Origin: an uncultured Myxococcales bacterium
GTDB taxonomy: Bacteria; UBA10199; 2-02-FULL-44-16; JAAZCA01
Assembly: GCA_964480565.1 (NCBI GenBank)
Contig: CAYZSU010000001.1
Coordinates: forward strand, 1-59,246
Length of the DNA: 59,246 bases
Direction: 5' to 3'
Shown: in pieces, positions 6,219 to 16,538 of the stretch
How positions within the stretch are numbered: the first letter of the stretch is position 1
Layout: each line of letters begins with the position of its first letter
Made by a program: the position numbers and the translations under genes
The notes under the pieces: generated by a model
The model's input: only the letters and a program-made list of their open reading frames with translations
What the model was told of the DNA's origin: nothing
Database searches by the model: none

Positions 6219-7754
6219 GTGGGTGATTTTTTATCACAGATTAAAAATACAATTAATGGCTTATCCGCTGTTCGGAAAATATCCATGATTGCAGTGATTG
6301 TTATTGCACTCGGTGCTGTGGTTTATTTGCTGCATTTATCCAATAAAACAGGGTATTCACCACTTTTTACAAATCTAAACTCCGATGATATTGGCGCGAT
6401 TGTTACGCAGCTCGATAAACAAAATGTTCCTTATACCATTGATGCTGATCGAAAGTTAGTGCTTGTACCTTCAACACAAGTACTTGATTTACGCATGAAG
6501 TTGGCAGGCATGGGATTGCCCCGATACGGTGGTGTGGGTTTTGAGTTATTTGACAATGCGGGTTTTGGAATGAGTGAGTTTCAGCAAAAACTAAACTATC
6601 AGCGCGCATTGCAGGGTGAGCTATCACGTACAATATCTGGAATATCGGAAGTGGAAGAAGCGCGTGTGCATTTGGTCCTTCCTGAAAAATCTGTTTTTTC
6701 AGAAAGTCAGGAAGAGCCACGGGCATCCATTATTCTTAAATTGGGTAATGGTAGTATGGGGCGCTCACAAGTAGCATCCATTATTCACTTGGTATCCAGC
6801 GCAGTGGAAGGATTGGATCCGCAACAGATAACAGTTGTGGATACCAGAGGGCATTTATTATCTGCAGCCGGCGGTGAGGAGACTGCGGGGTCTGGGCGGA
6901 TTTTTGAACAGAAAAAACGAATTGAAAAAGCATTGGAAACTCAGGTAGTAAGCCTGTTGGAGCCTATTATTGGTTTGGGAAAGGTAGTGGCTAAAACTAC
7001 GGCAGAAATTGATTTTTCACGTTTAGAAGAAATGATTCAAAAAGTAGATCCCAATGAAACAGTCGTGCTTTCAGAAAGCAGTACAAAGAGTAGCTCCTCA
7101 GGTTCCACTGCATCAGCAGGTGGTGCTGCAGGTGCATCAGCTAATTTACCAGGGGGTGCAGGCGGTAGCTCAGGTGCAAGTGGATCGAGCGCAGATGAAA
7201 GCACTACATCTACAAAATATGATGTGACCCGCATTACGCGAAAGCAAATAATTCCAAGTGGTGCTATTAAAAAGATTTCAATGGCAGTGGTTGTGGATGG
7301 TGTATATCAGGATCAAGAAGGTGAAATGGTATATGTCGCTCGTAGTGTGGATGATTTAGGAAAATATGAATCAATGGTAAAAAGTGCAATTGGATTCAAC
7401 ACTGAACGAGGTGATGTATTAAGTATTAATAGCATGCAATTTGTTGATTTAAATAAAATGTTTAAAGATGAAAGTATGTTTGCTCAAAGAGATCAATATA
7501 GTTTTATTATTTCAATTGTTGTGAATGTATTGATTGTCATTGTGGCATTGGCATTATTCTTATTCGTGATTCGTCCATTAATTAAAGCCTGGCGTGAAAA
7601 AAATGATGCAGTGGAAGGCGCAGATAGTGCTGTCTTTATGCCAGGGATGCAGGCATTGCCTGATCCAGATCAAATGAGAAGTGAGATTGCTCGGCTTGTC
7701 AGTGCAAACCCACAACAAACAGCAACTGTGATCAGGCAGTGGATGCAGCAATAG
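6219..7754 (+). CDS. fliF: Flagellar MS-ring protein FliF
   Basis: 511 aa with an N-terminal TM segment, LDLRMKLAGMGLP...QQKLNYQRALQGELSRTI, a C-terminal TM segment and a Ser/Gly/Ala-rich linker. GTG start. Confidence 0.95.
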   Translation: MGDFLSQIKNTINGLSAVRKISMIAVIVIALGAVVYLLHLSNKTGYSPLFTNLNSDDIGAIVTQLDKQNVPYTIDADRKLVLVPSTQVLDLRMKLAGMGLPRYGGVGFELFDNAGFGMSEFQQKLNYQRALQGELSRTISGISEVEEARVHLVLPEKSVFSESQEEPRASIILKLGNGSMGRSQVASIIHLVSSAVEGLDPQQITVVDTRGHLLSAAGGEETAGSGRIFEQKKRIEKALETQVVSLLEPIIGLGKVVAKTTAEIDFSRLEEMIQKVDPNETVVLSESSTKSSSSGSTASAGGAAGASANLPGGAGGSSGASGSSADESTTSTKYDVTRITRKQIIPSGAIKKISMAVVVDGVYQDQEGEMVYVARSVDDLGKYESMVKSAIGFNTERGDVLSINSMQFVDLNKMFKDESMFAQRDQYSFIISIVVNVLIVIVALALFLFVIRPLIKAWREKNDAVEGADSAVFMPGMQALPDPDQMRSEIARLVSANPQQTATVIRQWMQQ

Positions 7755-7763
7755 GAATAAATT

Positions 7764-8795
7764 ATGAATTTAGATGTTAGAAAATTATCGAATAAAGAGA
7801 AAGCAGCGCTCATGATGCTATGTATGGATGAGTCCTCTGCATCTGATATATTTAGTCAATTACGCGATGATGAGGTTAAGGAAATCGGGCGAATTTTGCA
7901 GAAATTATCCAATGTTCCATTGGCTGAAGTGCATGCAGCAATGATAGAATTTCATACAGAGTTGGGCAATGTGGATGTGCTTCGAAATAATAGCGTGCAA
8001 GTCAGTGGCAGTAGGGCTGCAGAGCGGTTAATTAGTGAATATTATCCGGAAGCTGAAACAAAAGTAATTGAAATGCCAAATAAAAATTCAGCAGAGGGTG
8101 CGTTGACGCATATTGTAAATTCCATGAATGAAAAAGCATTATTTCAAGCCATCAAAGATGAGCATGTACAGTTTATTGCGATAGTACTATCATTTGCAAA
8201 AATGCGATTAGCCAAAGAAGTGCTCAAGCAAATGGAAGATGAAAAAAGTGGTGATATTATTGCTCGGATGGCCAAGTTAAGCGAAATACCGCAAACAGTT
8301 ATTTCTCAAATTAAAGATTTTTTGGATAAGCAACGAGCAGAAGTCTCCAAAGGATTAAAAAAAGAAGAAAAGAAGGTCAGTATTGAAGGGATGTCTTGTG
8401 CTTTACGCGTATTAAAGTCGATTCCAGTGGATCAAAGTGTGCCGATTATTGACACGATTATCAAACAAGATGAGGCATTGGGATCTGAAATAGAAAAACA
8501 AATGCTCACAATTGAAGATTTGATGCGCTCCGATGATCAGGGCATTCGCGAATTATTACGCTCTATTCCAACAGAGGATTTAAAAGTAGCATTAAAGGAT
8601 ATGCCGGATACAGTGAAGGATAAATTTTTAAATAATATGTCATCACGAGCAGCTACAATTTTACGAGAAGATATGGAAGTGATGCAAGCGCTGCGCGTTG
8701 AAGAGGTGGAGCGTTCACAACGAGTCATTATTACAGAGGTGAAGCGGTTGATTTCTGAAGGTAAACTAGTTCTTTCTAGTTTGGATGAGGAATAA
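7764..8795 (+). CDS. fliG: Flagellar motor switch protein FliG
   Basis: 343 aa. EKAALMMLCMDESSASDIF...MSSRAATILREDME. Position after fliF. Confidence 0.95.
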   Translation: MNLDVRKLSNKEKAALMMLCMDESSASDIFSQLRDDEVKEIGRILQKLSNVPLAEVHAAMIEFHTELGNVDVLRNNSVQVSGSRAAERLISEYYPEAETKVIEMPNKNSAEGALTHIVNSMNEKALFQAIKDEHVQFIAIVLSFAKMRLAKEVLKQMEDEKSGDIIARMAKLSEIPQTVISQIKDFLDKQRAEVSKGLKKEEKKVSIEGMSCALRVLKSIPVDQSVPIIDTIIKQDEALGSEIEKQMLTIEDLMRSDDQGIRELLRSIPTEDLKVALKDMPDTVKDKFLNNMSSRAATILREDMEVMQALRVEEVERSQRVIITEVKRLISEGKLVLSSLDEE

Positions 8796-8798
8796 TAA

Positions 8799-9470
8799 AT
8801 GGTGGAGTTTAAAGAACATCAGTTTTCAGTATCACAAGAGCCAGTAGTTAAAGGTGAATTTAGAGATATTTGTTTGGGTGATTTATTAGGGCATGTAGGT
8901 GATGAACAAGGTGTGATGGATCCTAAACAATGGATTTTAGAAAAAGAACAGGAAGTGAATCAGCTGGAAATGCGCGCATCATCCTGTTTTGAATCATTGG
9001 AAAAACAGGTTTTACTGTTAAAAGAAGAAAAAGATATTATGTGGGGTCGATTAAAGAAAAACAGTATTGCGTTTGCCATAGAGCTTGCCAAGCATATTAT
9101 AAATGTTGAAATACAATCAAATGTACAGGTAATTGAAAAAATAGTGGATGAACTGATGGCTAAGCGGCGTCCAAAAGAAAAAGCTGTACTTCGAATGAGT
9201 GATGTTGATGTGTCATTACTTAAGGAAAAACGGCCAGATATTTTTGAAAAAGCACGTGATGATGTTTATTTTGAGGTGCAAGAGGATAATAATTTATCCG
9301 CGGGCTGTGCTTTTTTGGATACAGATCTGTCACGGTATGAAATGGATTATCATCATCAGTTAGAATCGTTGGCAGAAACAATTATCGCATTAGCGAATAA
9401 AGATAGTGTAGGAACGTGCCCAGAAATAACATTAGGAACGGATGAAGAAACAAATGAGGATAATATATAG
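8799..9470 (+). CDS. fliH: Flagellar assembly protein FliH
   Basis: 223 aa between fliG and fliI, with a coiled-coil centre typical of FliH. Called mostly from synteny. Confidence 0.75.
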   Translation: MVEFKEHQFSVSQEPVVKGEFRDICLGDLLGHVGDEQGVMDPKQWILEKEQEVNQLEMRASSCFESLEKQVLLLKEEKDIMWGRLKKNSIAFAIELAKHIINVEIQSNVQVIEKIVDELMAKRRPKEKAVLRMSDVDVSLLKEKRPDIFEKARDDVYFEVQEDNNLSAGCAFLDTDLSRYEMDYHHQLESLAETIIALANKDSVGTCPEITLGTDEETNEDNI

Positions 9471-10804
9471 TGACTGATCACCTAGACACAAAGTGGATAT
9501 ATTATGACAAAGTGCTCAATGCATTGCCAAGCGCTGGGAAGCCTCAATTTTTAGGGAAAGTTACACGAGTCTTGGGCTTAATCATTGAAGCCTTTTTACC
9601 CAATATGCCAGTGGGCGGCATGTGTACCATTCGGGTTGATGATGATACTTATGTGGATGCAGAGGTGGTGGGTCTAAAAGGCGAACATGTAATGATGATG
9701 CCAATTGGTGATATTACAGGCATTAAACATGGGTGTTCAGTCGAACCCAAGGATAGTCAAGCCAGCGTAATTGTGAGCGATAAATTATTAGGGCGTGTGC
9801 TAAATGCGCATGGAAATCCAATAGATGGTGGCCCTGATATTTCATCGCTGGAAAGTTATTCTCTCTATGCCAGTCCTGTGGATCCAATTAAGCGAAAACG
9901 AATTGAAAGCATATTGCCTTTAGGTGTGCGTGTGATTGATGGTTTGCTTACCTGTGGAATTGGGCAGCGTATGGCTATTATGGCAGGGTCAGGTGTGGGT
10001 AAAAGTGTTCTTTTGGGCATGATTGCTAAATATACGCAGGCGGATATTAATGTGATTGCGCTTGTTGGTGAGCGCGGCCGAGAAGTTCGTGAGTTTATCG
10101 AACGTGATTTGGGCGAGGAAGGGTTGAAGCGATCCGTGATTGTTGTGGCGACATCTGATGAGCCGCCGCTAGTTCGAACGCGCGCTGCTTTTATGGCGAC
10201 TGCTATTGCGGAATATTTTAGAGACAAAGGAAAACAAGTATTGTTATTAATGGATTCATTAACACGATTTTCTATGGCGATGCGAGAAGTAGGGCTCGCC
10301 ATTGGTGAGCCACCTACCTCCAAGGGGTATACGCCGACTGTTTTTTCAGTTTTGCCAAAGTTGCTTGAGCGTGTCGGGACAACCAATGACAGTGGAAGCA
10401 TTACGGGGTTGTATACAGTGCTTACTGAAGGGGATGATATTCAGGATCCAATTGCTGATTCAGTGCGGTCGATTGTTGATGGGCATATTGTATTATCACG
10501 AAAACTAGCTGGGCAAAATCATTATCCAGCCGTTGATATTATGAATTCATTGTCACGGTTACATCGTGATTTAGTGGAAAAAGATCATTTAAAATCCGCA
10601 GATCAGTTTCGTACATTATGGGCGAATTATATGGATATGGAAGATTTTATTAATATGGGTATTTACGCCAAAGGAAAAAATAAAACAGTGGATGAAGCGA
10701 TTGGGCGAATTGATTCAATGAGGAACTTTCTACAGCAGGGTTATGATCAGGGAGATAGTTTTGATCGAACTCAAACGAATCTAAGGCAAGTGGTTGGATA
10801 TTAG
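9470..10804 (+). CDS. fliI: Flagellum-specific ATPase FliI
   Basis: Walker A GSGVGKS, Walker B VLLLMDSLTR, and F1-beta-like ...GSITGLYTVLTEGDD. GTG start. Confidence 0.97.
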   Translation: MTDHLDTKWIYYDKVLNALPSAGKPQFLGKVTRVLGLIIEAFLPNMPVGGMCTIRVDDDTYVDAEVVGLKGEHVMMMPIGDITGIKHGCSVEPKDSQASVIVSDKLLGRVLNAHGNPIDGGPDISSLESYSLYASPVDPIKRKRIESILPLGVRVIDGLLTCGIGQRMAIMAGSGVGKSVLLGMIAKYTQADINVIALVGERGREVREFIERDLGEEGLKRSVIVVATSDEPPLVRTRAAFMATAIAEYFRDKGKQVLLLMDSLTRFSMAMREVGLAIGEPPTSKGYTPTVFSVLPKLLERVGTTNDSGSITGLYTVLTEGDDIQDPIADSVRSIVDGHIVLSRKLAGQNHYPAVDIMNSLSRLHRDLVEKDHLKSADQFRTLWANYMDMEDFINMGIYAKGKNKTVDEAIGRIDSMRNFLQQGYDQGDSFDRTQTNLRQVVGY

Positions 10805-10827
10805 TTAATTTCAATTATGAGGTGAAA

Positions 10828-11286
10828 ATGGCATTTAAATTTCGCATGCACGCATTACTTCGATGGCGAAAGGAAGTGGAAAAGCAGACTGCAATCCACC
10901 TTCAAGAGCTCATTTTTGAAAAAGCATCGCTTGAGGCGGAAATTGTAAATGCACAGAAAAATATTGAACATTGGGTCGGGCATTTTAATCAGCTCAATAG
11001 TCGGAATCCAGATGTTAATGAAGTGATGTTATTGGAGCGTTATTTAATGTCACTGGATCAAAAACAAATGAACTTGCGTAAAGAAAAATCAATTCTAGAG
11101 AATAGAATCTATGATGCGCAATTGAATATGGAAAAGGCTGTTTCCGAACGAAAGCAATTGGAATTTTTGCAGGACAAACATCGAGATGCCTATGAGCTGG
11201 ATATACAACGTCAGGAGCAAAAAATATTGGACGATATGGTGGCAATTCGTTTTTGGCAGAAAAAGCAGCAGGAGGCAAATGCATGA
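10828..11286 (+). CDS. fliJ: Flagellar export chaperone FliJ
   Basis: About 150-aa coiled-coil protein directly after fliI. FKFRMHALLRWRKEVEKQ is a typical FliJ N-terminus. Confidence 0.75.
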   Translation: MAFKFRMHALLRWRKEVEKQTAIHLQELIFEKASLEAEIVNAQKNIEHWVGHFNQLNSRNPDVNEVMLLERYLMSLDQKQMNLRKEKSILENRIYDAQLNMEKAVSERKQLEFLQDKHRDAYELDIQRQEQKILDDMVAIRFWQKKQQEANA

Positions 11287-11825
11287 TTAATCATAAAATC
11301 ACTCGATATTTTATTATGATTCTCATGTGTGCGTGTATATCGCCTGTGTATGCGGATAATAAGGGGTTTAAAGAACGTAAAGCCATGTATGATATTTTTC
11401 AAAAATTGGATATTCCGCTAACAGATGCAAGTATTGTGCATATGATTTCAATGGCCAATGCCATATCAGCGGAGCGATTAGAAATTGCAAAAAAATTAAA
11501 AGCCATGGAAGTGCTTAAGAAAGAATTGAATAAATCGATTCAAGAGCTAAATACGCTTCGTAAGGAATTGGATGTGGTTGCGGCAAAGCAACAAAAACAA
11601 AGCCCAAATATGAAATTGGTTGTAACGCTATATGAATCAGTGGATCCTAAAAAAGCAGCCAATATGTTAAAACGATTGGATGCGGAGATGGTATTGGCGA
11701 TTATTCGAATGATGAGTCCTAGAAAATCAAGTCAAATTATCGCGGCAATGGATGATCGTGTGGCGGCAATTATTTCAAAACGATTGCTTGAAAGTCAAAA
11801 GCCTCAATCAGGGGAGGGAAAATGA
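11283..11825 (+). CDS. YlxF/MotE-like flagellar protein (MgtE-N-like domain)
   Basis: Signal-like N-terminus, coiled coil, then KAANMLKRLDAEMVLAIIRMMSPRKSSQIIAAMDDRVAAIISKRL. Occupies the fliJ-fliK slot, as ylxF does in Bacillus-type clusters. Confidence 0.55.
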   Translation: MINHKITRYFIMILMCACISPVYADNKGFKERKAMYDIFQKLDIPLTDASIVHMISMANAISAERLEIAKKLKAMEVLKKELNKSIQELNTLRKELDVVAAKQQKQSPNMKLVVTLYESVDPKKAANMLKRLDAEMVLAIIRMMSPRKSSQIIAAMDDRVAAIISKRLLESQKPQSGEGK

Positions 11826-13180
11826 GTTCACGAGTATCTCGTAATGCAGCTAGTGCAATGATGAGTAGTTTAAATGCAAATAGTGTTAAAGCATCCAATG
11901 CAGTGCAAGCAGCAGAGGAGTTTGCTTCGGAAATAGATATGCAGAGAAAAAATGTGGATGCCGCAAGTGGTGCAAATACAGATGCGGATGCCAAGGATGG
12001 TTCAAGTACTCAAATGAGTGAGTCCAGTAAAACGGATATATCATCGCAATCCAAGCAGAGTGAGTCTGCCACTCATGCACAGTCAAAAGCGCAAGATGAT
12101 CAAGCAACATCTGAAAATGATGAAGCGGGTGAAGTAAAGTCAGAGGACATTGTTGCGCCAGCACCGATGGTATCTCAGCCCGTAGAGGATGTTAATGCCT
12201 TGGATTATAATCAATTGATAGAATCTTTAGATATTAATTTAGATGAGTCAATTGCATTAAACGCCAAGGAGTTATTGGATGATATTGATCAAGAGATTGG
12301 CGATCAATTATCTGAAATAGATGCGATGGATGGTATGTCTACGACGCAAGATAATATGGAAGAAAGTTTAAATGATCTATCCGATCAATTGGATCAAAGT
12401 AGTGAGGCTGAAAATCAAACAACTGTATTGGAAGAAGATTTATTGGTGGCGGATGGATATGAACTGCTGGAAAATAGCAAGTTAGGCGATGCTGATTTAG
12501 AGAGTGAAGATCTAAAACAACTGGACGTGACAGCTAAGATAGTAACTCATGATACTGGAAAGCAGGCATCCACTGATATAGTACAATCGCAAAATTCTGT
12601 AGATGTAAAACAATATGAGAATCATGATTTAAAAATTACAGATTTATTGAATTCAGGTAAAATAAATCTTGATGCAAGTGATCACCTGAAAACGATGTCG
12701 CAAAGGGTGGCCGGGCAACCTGGAGTTAATGCATCTGAAAACTCTGTAATTGCTCGCACGCAACAAACCTTGGAGCTATGGGCGGCAAAGCTCAATCCCA
12801 ATGTAAAGTTGCAATTAACGGCTAGCAATAATGAGATGACCATTCGTTTGCATCCACCTGCATTGGGAGAATTGAAAATTGCAATTCGTACAGAAGGTGC
12901 TGAAGTGCATATCCGGATGTCTGTGGATAATGATGCTGCAAAGCGAATTGTTGAATCCAATTTAATGGATTTAAAGGATGATCTAAATCACGATAATTTA
13001 AATTTAGCTGGTGCGCAGGTGGATATTAATCAAAATAAAGATAATAGCGATGAGTGGGAAGAAGCGGCAGAGGAATTTATACCGGGGCTAACTATGCTTG
13101 GAAATAAAAAGCGTGCTGTAAATGTAAACTCAATTAAAAATGTGATTCAAAGTAATCACATGCTTGATATTAAAATATAG
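11822..13180 (+). CDS. fliK: Flagellar hook-length control protein FliK
   Basis: Acidic low-complexity N-terminal two thirds. C-terminal Flg_hook-like LHPPALGELKIAIRTEGAEVHIRMSVDNDAAKRIVESNLMDLKDDL. Confidence 0.8.
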   Translation: MSSRVSRNAASAMMSSLNANSVKASNAVQAAEEFASEIDMQRKNVDAASGANTDADAKDGSSTQMSESSKTDISSQSKQSESATHAQSKAQDDQATSENDEAGEVKSEDIVAPAPMVSQPVEDVNALDYNQLIESLDINLDESIALNAKELLDDIDQEIGDQLSEIDAMDGMSTTQDNMEESLNDLSDQLDQSSEAENQTTVLEEDLLVADGYELLENSKLGDADLESEDLKQLDVTAKIVTHDTGKQASTDIVQSQNSVDVKQYENHDLKITDLLNSGKINLDASDHLKTMSQRVAGQPGVNASENSVIARTQQTLELWAAKLNPNVKLQLTASNNEMTIRLHPPALGELKIAIRTEGAEVHIRMSVDNDAAKRIVESNLMDLKDDLNHDNLNLAGAQVDINQNKDNSDEWEEAAEEFIPGLTMLGNKKRAVNVNSIKNVIQSNHMLDIKI

Positions 13181-13245
13181 GAGTTTTTCAATATCGCAGG
13201 CGGATATTTTTGATAGTTCCATATAGCGAAAATGAGGAGATAATT

Positions 13246-13923
13246 ATGATATATGATACAGCACCCGTTAGATTGGATGGTTCACAAACAGTGGGTGAGC
13301 AAAAGGATGCGGCTAAAACAACAAAAGATGAGTTTTTACGAATGTTAGTGACACAGCTTGAAAATCAAGATCCATTGCAACCACAGGATGCCAGTGAGTT
13401 TGCCAATCAAATGACTCAATTTGGTATTTTAGAGCAAATGTTTAATATGAATGAGAGCATGGAATCAATGATAGGATCTGCAGAAGCATCGCTGCGCATG
13501 TCTGCAATGCAATATGTGGGCAAAGATGTGCTTGTGGATGGGTCCAGAGTAACAGTGGAAGATGGTGTGGGCGGTACAATGCGATTTAACTTACACGATG
13601 ATGCTAAATTAGCAGTGATATCAGTGATGGACTCTGCTGGGCAAGTAGTGGCTGCAGAGCAAATAGAAAATATGGAAGCAGGTGAATATGACTATCCCTT
13701 TGATGCGAAAGATATTGAGGGTGGCAATTTGCCGGATGGGAAGTATCAATTTATGGTGCGTGCACTCGATGATGAACAACGACCAGTGCTTGTTGATACG
13801 CGCATGCAAGCGCATGTCGATGCGGTCAATTTTGAAAATGGTGTGCCTGTGCTTATTGTAGAAGGTAAGCGATTTGGCTTAGATGAAATCGTGGAAGTGA
13901 AGGGCGATACCAAATTGGATTAG
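13246..13923 (+). CDS. flgD: Flagellar hook capping/assembly protein FlgD
   Basis: KDEFLRMLVTQLENQDPLQPQDASEFANQMTQFGILEQ. Start at the ATG behind GAGGAG. Confidence 0.92.
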   Translation: MIYDTAPVRLDGSQTVGEQKDAAKTTKDEFLRMLVTQLENQDPLQPQDASEFANQMTQFGILEQMFNMNESMESMIGSAEASLRMSAMQYVGKDVLVDGSRVTVEDGVGGTMRFNLHDDAKLAVISVMDSAGQVVAAEQIENMEAGEYDYPFDAKDIEGGNLPDGKYQFMVRALDDEQRPVLVDTRMQAHVDAVNFENGVPVLIVEGKRFGLDEIVEVKGDTKLD

Positions 13924-14004
13924 TAAAAAAAATCGATATTGGAAATAAGTTATCGGCATAAAATTGGCAAAAAATAAGTGAAATTTTAAGGAAGGAGTTT
14001 GATT

Positions 14005-15270
14005 ATGGGTATTTTTACAGCGCTTTATGCAGGTGTGAATGGTATTGGATCCAATGGTGAAGTGATTTCTGTGATTGGTGACAATGTATCCAATGTGAAT
14101 ACAATTGGTTTTAAAAGTGGTTTGGCTCAATTTGAAGATATTTTGGCAGGTCAGTCTCAAAATATTGGCTTGGGTTCACGTATTTCAGATGTATCCACAC
14201 AGTTTACACAAGGTGGTTTTGAATCCACAGGTTCAACCACAGACTTTGCTGTGGACGGCAATGGATTTCTTACAGTTGTTGATCCAACGGATGGTTCCAC
14301 TTATTTTACACGTGCCGGGCAGTTTAGCTTGGATGATGAAGGGTTTTTGATTAATGCGGGTGCGGAACGTTTGCAAGGATATCAAGCCGATTCCAGTAAT
14401 AATCTAACTTCTACAGTGAGTGATATACAAATTTCATCATCACCAGTATCGCCGAGTGCAACGACAGATATTGATTTAGCGATGAACTTAGATGCAAATG
14501 AAAGTGCACCAGCGGCATTTGATTCAACCGATCCAACAGCGACATCAAATTATTCTGCAGGTGTGACTGTCTATGATTCATTGGGCAATAGTCACTTAGT
14601 GACTATTTATTTTCGAAAAAATGCAGCCAATTCATGGCAGTGGTATTCTCTGGTAGATGGTGGGGAAGTGACAGGCGGTGTCGAGGGTGTGAATGAAATA
14701 GAAGCCAATGGCACGCTAACATTTAATGCTAATGGTGCACTTACGGCTCTTGTAACAACAACCAGTGATTTTGATTTTATTGGTGCAACTCAGAATCAAG
14801 CGCCAACATTTGATTTTGGATCAGTCACTGGCACAAGCACTGGGTTGGATGGTGCGACACAATTTGGTAGTAACTCTGCAATTAATAATATTACGCAGGA
14901 TGGATATGCGGCGGGATCGCTTAAAAGTATCAATGTATCCGATGATGGAACAATCAGCGGTAACTACACCAATGGTACAACTCGGACTATTTCGCAAGTT
15001 GTGCTTGCAAAATTTAAGGCGGAAGATGGGTTGCAGCGTGTGGGTGGAAATAACTTTCAGGAAACACTGGATTCAGGTGCGGCCCTGATTGCTGCACCTG
15101 GTTTAGGTGGTAGAGGATCTGTATTATCTGCTACTTTGGAACAATCCAATGTGGATATTGCCAATGAGTTGATTAAGATGATGATTATTCAGCGCGGTTT
15201 TCAAGCAAACTCACGTACCATTAGCGCAGTGAATGATATGCTGGCGCAGTTGGTGAATATTGGCCAATAA
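14005..15270 (+). CDS. flgE: Flagellar hook protein FlgE
   Basis: GIFTALYAGVNGIGSNGEVISVIGDNVSNVNTIGFK and C-terminal LEQSNVDIANELIKMMIIQRGFQANSRTISAVNDML. Confidence 0.95.
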   Translation: MGIFTALYAGVNGIGSNGEVISVIGDNVSNVNTIGFKSGLAQFEDILAGQSQNIGLGSRISDVSTQFTQGGFESTGSTTDFAVDGNGFLTVVDPTDGSTYFTRAGQFSLDDEGFLINAGAERLQGYQADSSNNLTSTVSDIQISSSPVSPSATTDIDLAMNLDANESAPAAFDSTDPTATSNYSAGVTVYDSLGNSHLVTIYFRKNAANSWQWYSLVDGGEVTGGVEGVNEIEANGTLTFNANGALTALVTTTSDFDFIGATQNQAPTFDFGSVTGTSTGLDGATQFGSNSAINNITQDGYAAGSLKSINVSDDGTISGNYTNGTTRTISQVVLAKFKAEDGLQRVGGNNFQETLDSGAALIAAPGLGGRGSVLSATLEQSNVDIANELIKMMIIQRGFQANSRTISAVNDMLAQLVNIGQ

Positions 15271-15358
15271 GGCATGGAATTATAATTATGGGGTTGTGTT
15301 CATAAATGGGCATTCCTAATTTCCATAATGGAATTGATATTGAGAGGGGAAAAAGATC

Positions 15359-16036
15359 ATGGCAGAAGAAGAGGTTAAGCAAGATGAGATGCCAGCCATT
15401 GAGGATGGTGCTGAGGGAGAAGATAGTGGCGATGAAGGGGGTGGCTCTGGTGGTTTAAGTAAAATCATCTTTGCAGCTGTGCCTGCGCTTGCGGCTGCAT
15501 TAATTACAGCTCTTGTATTTTGGTTGTTTGTATTGCCAGATGATGCATCTCATGTGTCTGAAGGGGAGAATGAAGCGGGCGAAAGTCATGAGCAAAAAAA
15601 TGTTGAGCATGACAATGGTAAGCAGGTAGAGACGCATAGCGATGAGAATAAAGAAAATACCGAACTTGTTGCTCAGGAAGTACGCAAAGAAGCTAAGGAT
15701 CGCGTCACAAAAATAGTGCCATTAACCGATGAGTCGAAATTTATTTTTCCATTAGATCCAATGGTTGTAAATATTTTTGATCGAACGACCATACGATATT
15801 TACGAATTGCATTGTCACTCGGATATGAACAAGCGGATTTAAAGGCGCGATTTGAACAACAAGTGCCACGAATCAAAGATGCGATTATCTTTATAATGGG
15901 CGATGCGAGCGTGCGAGAACTGAATGATTCAGCAGGGAAAGAATTGCTAAAAGAGGATATCTTGGCGGCTGTAAATCGTATTATTGGTGATGATTTAGTA
16001 ACAAATGTCTATTTTACTGAATTTACATTGCAATAA
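15359..16036 (+). CDS. fliL: Flagellar basal body-associated protein FliL
   Basis: Acidic N-terminus, single TM segment, and a C-terminal FliL domain ...RYLRIALSLGYE...KDAIIFIMGDASVRELNDSAGKELLKEDIL...VYFTEFTLQ. Confidence 0.85.
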   Translation: MAEEEVKQDEMPAIEDGAEGEDSGDEGGGSGGLSKIIFAAVPALAAALITALVFWLFVLPDDASHVSEGENEAGESHEQKNVEHDNGKQVETHSDENKENTELVAQEVRKEAKDRVTKIVPLTDESKFIFPLDPMVVNIFDRTTIRYLRIALSLGYEQADLKARFEQQVPRIKDAIIFIMGDASVRELNDSAGKELLKEDILAAVNRIIGDDLVTNVYFTEFTLQ

Positions 16037-16407
16037 ATTTTTGAGGGAGGTGTTTCAATACTAAAAATTAGTCACAAGTTTAAGCGTATCAGTTTTATAG
16101 GTGTTTAATAAAATCGTGTCACTAGCGAGATGGCCTTTAGGCCAGCGAAGCAATCCAAGCATTGGAGCCTTAAGCAAGAGTCGGGCTACAGTTTGCCCCA
16201 TGGATGACGCAGTTTTTTTCAAAGAAGTAGTAATGAAAGTGTATACATAAAAAGATGTGGCTAAATACTTGTGCATGAGACGGGGTTTCCTGAACCTTGG
16301 CTTGAAAGGCCTGGTATGATAGTATTTACATTTTATAGGTGCATTTTGACTTCAATACAGGGACCACTCTCTAATGAGTAGGTGCGTTCAATATCAGGCA
16401 ACATTTT

Positions 16408-16425
16408 CCTAGCAAATACTAGGCA
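16408..16425 (+). promoter_or_regulatory. Candidate enhancer (UAS) box CCTAG-N6-CTAGGCA upstream of the fliM promoter
   Basis: CCTAGCAAATACTAGGCA. Starts exactly 78 nt upstream of TGGCAC at 16486. Confidence 0.55.
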
Positions 16426-16485
16426 AAACCATCCATTTTTTTAATCAATAAACATATAACTACCTGTTTTTAATAGTGTTTTTTA

Positions 16486-16501
16486 TGGCACTGAAATTGC
16501 A
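16486..16501 (+). promoter_or_regulatory. sigma54 (-24/-12) promoter of the fliM operon
   Basis: TGGCACtgaaaTTGCA with canonical spacing, 38 nt upstream of the fliM ATG at 16539. Confidence 0.85.
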
Positions 16502-16538
16502 TATATATAGTCTGTTCATTTTGCATGAAAGGCGGGCT

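Noticed and set aside
7080-7200. Ser/Gly/Ala-rich low-complexity DNA in fliF as a tandem-repeat or phase-variation tract
   Set aside because: The units are imperfect and of variable length and stay in frame. It looks like an ordinary disordered linker of the MS-ring protein.
9865-10401. 178-aa antisense ORF inside fliI, and similar antisense ORFs inside fliF, fliK, flhB, flhA and flhF
   Set aside because: Each lies fully within a strongly supported flagellar gene on the other strand, and their translations show no recognisable motifs. They are typical shadow ORFs.
13954-13969. sigma54-like CGGCATaaaatTGGCA upstream of flgE
   Set aside because: Spacing is right, but both elements deviate (CGGCAT, TGGC), and there is no CCTAG box 78 nt upstream. 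flgE is only 80 nt from flgD and is probably co-transcribed.
16061-16276. 71-aa minus-strand ORF in the fliL-fliM spacer
   Set aside because: It is the only listed ORF there, is antisense to the operon, and I recognise no homology. I checked no start context. I treat the region as non-coding and as a candidate RNA or scar.
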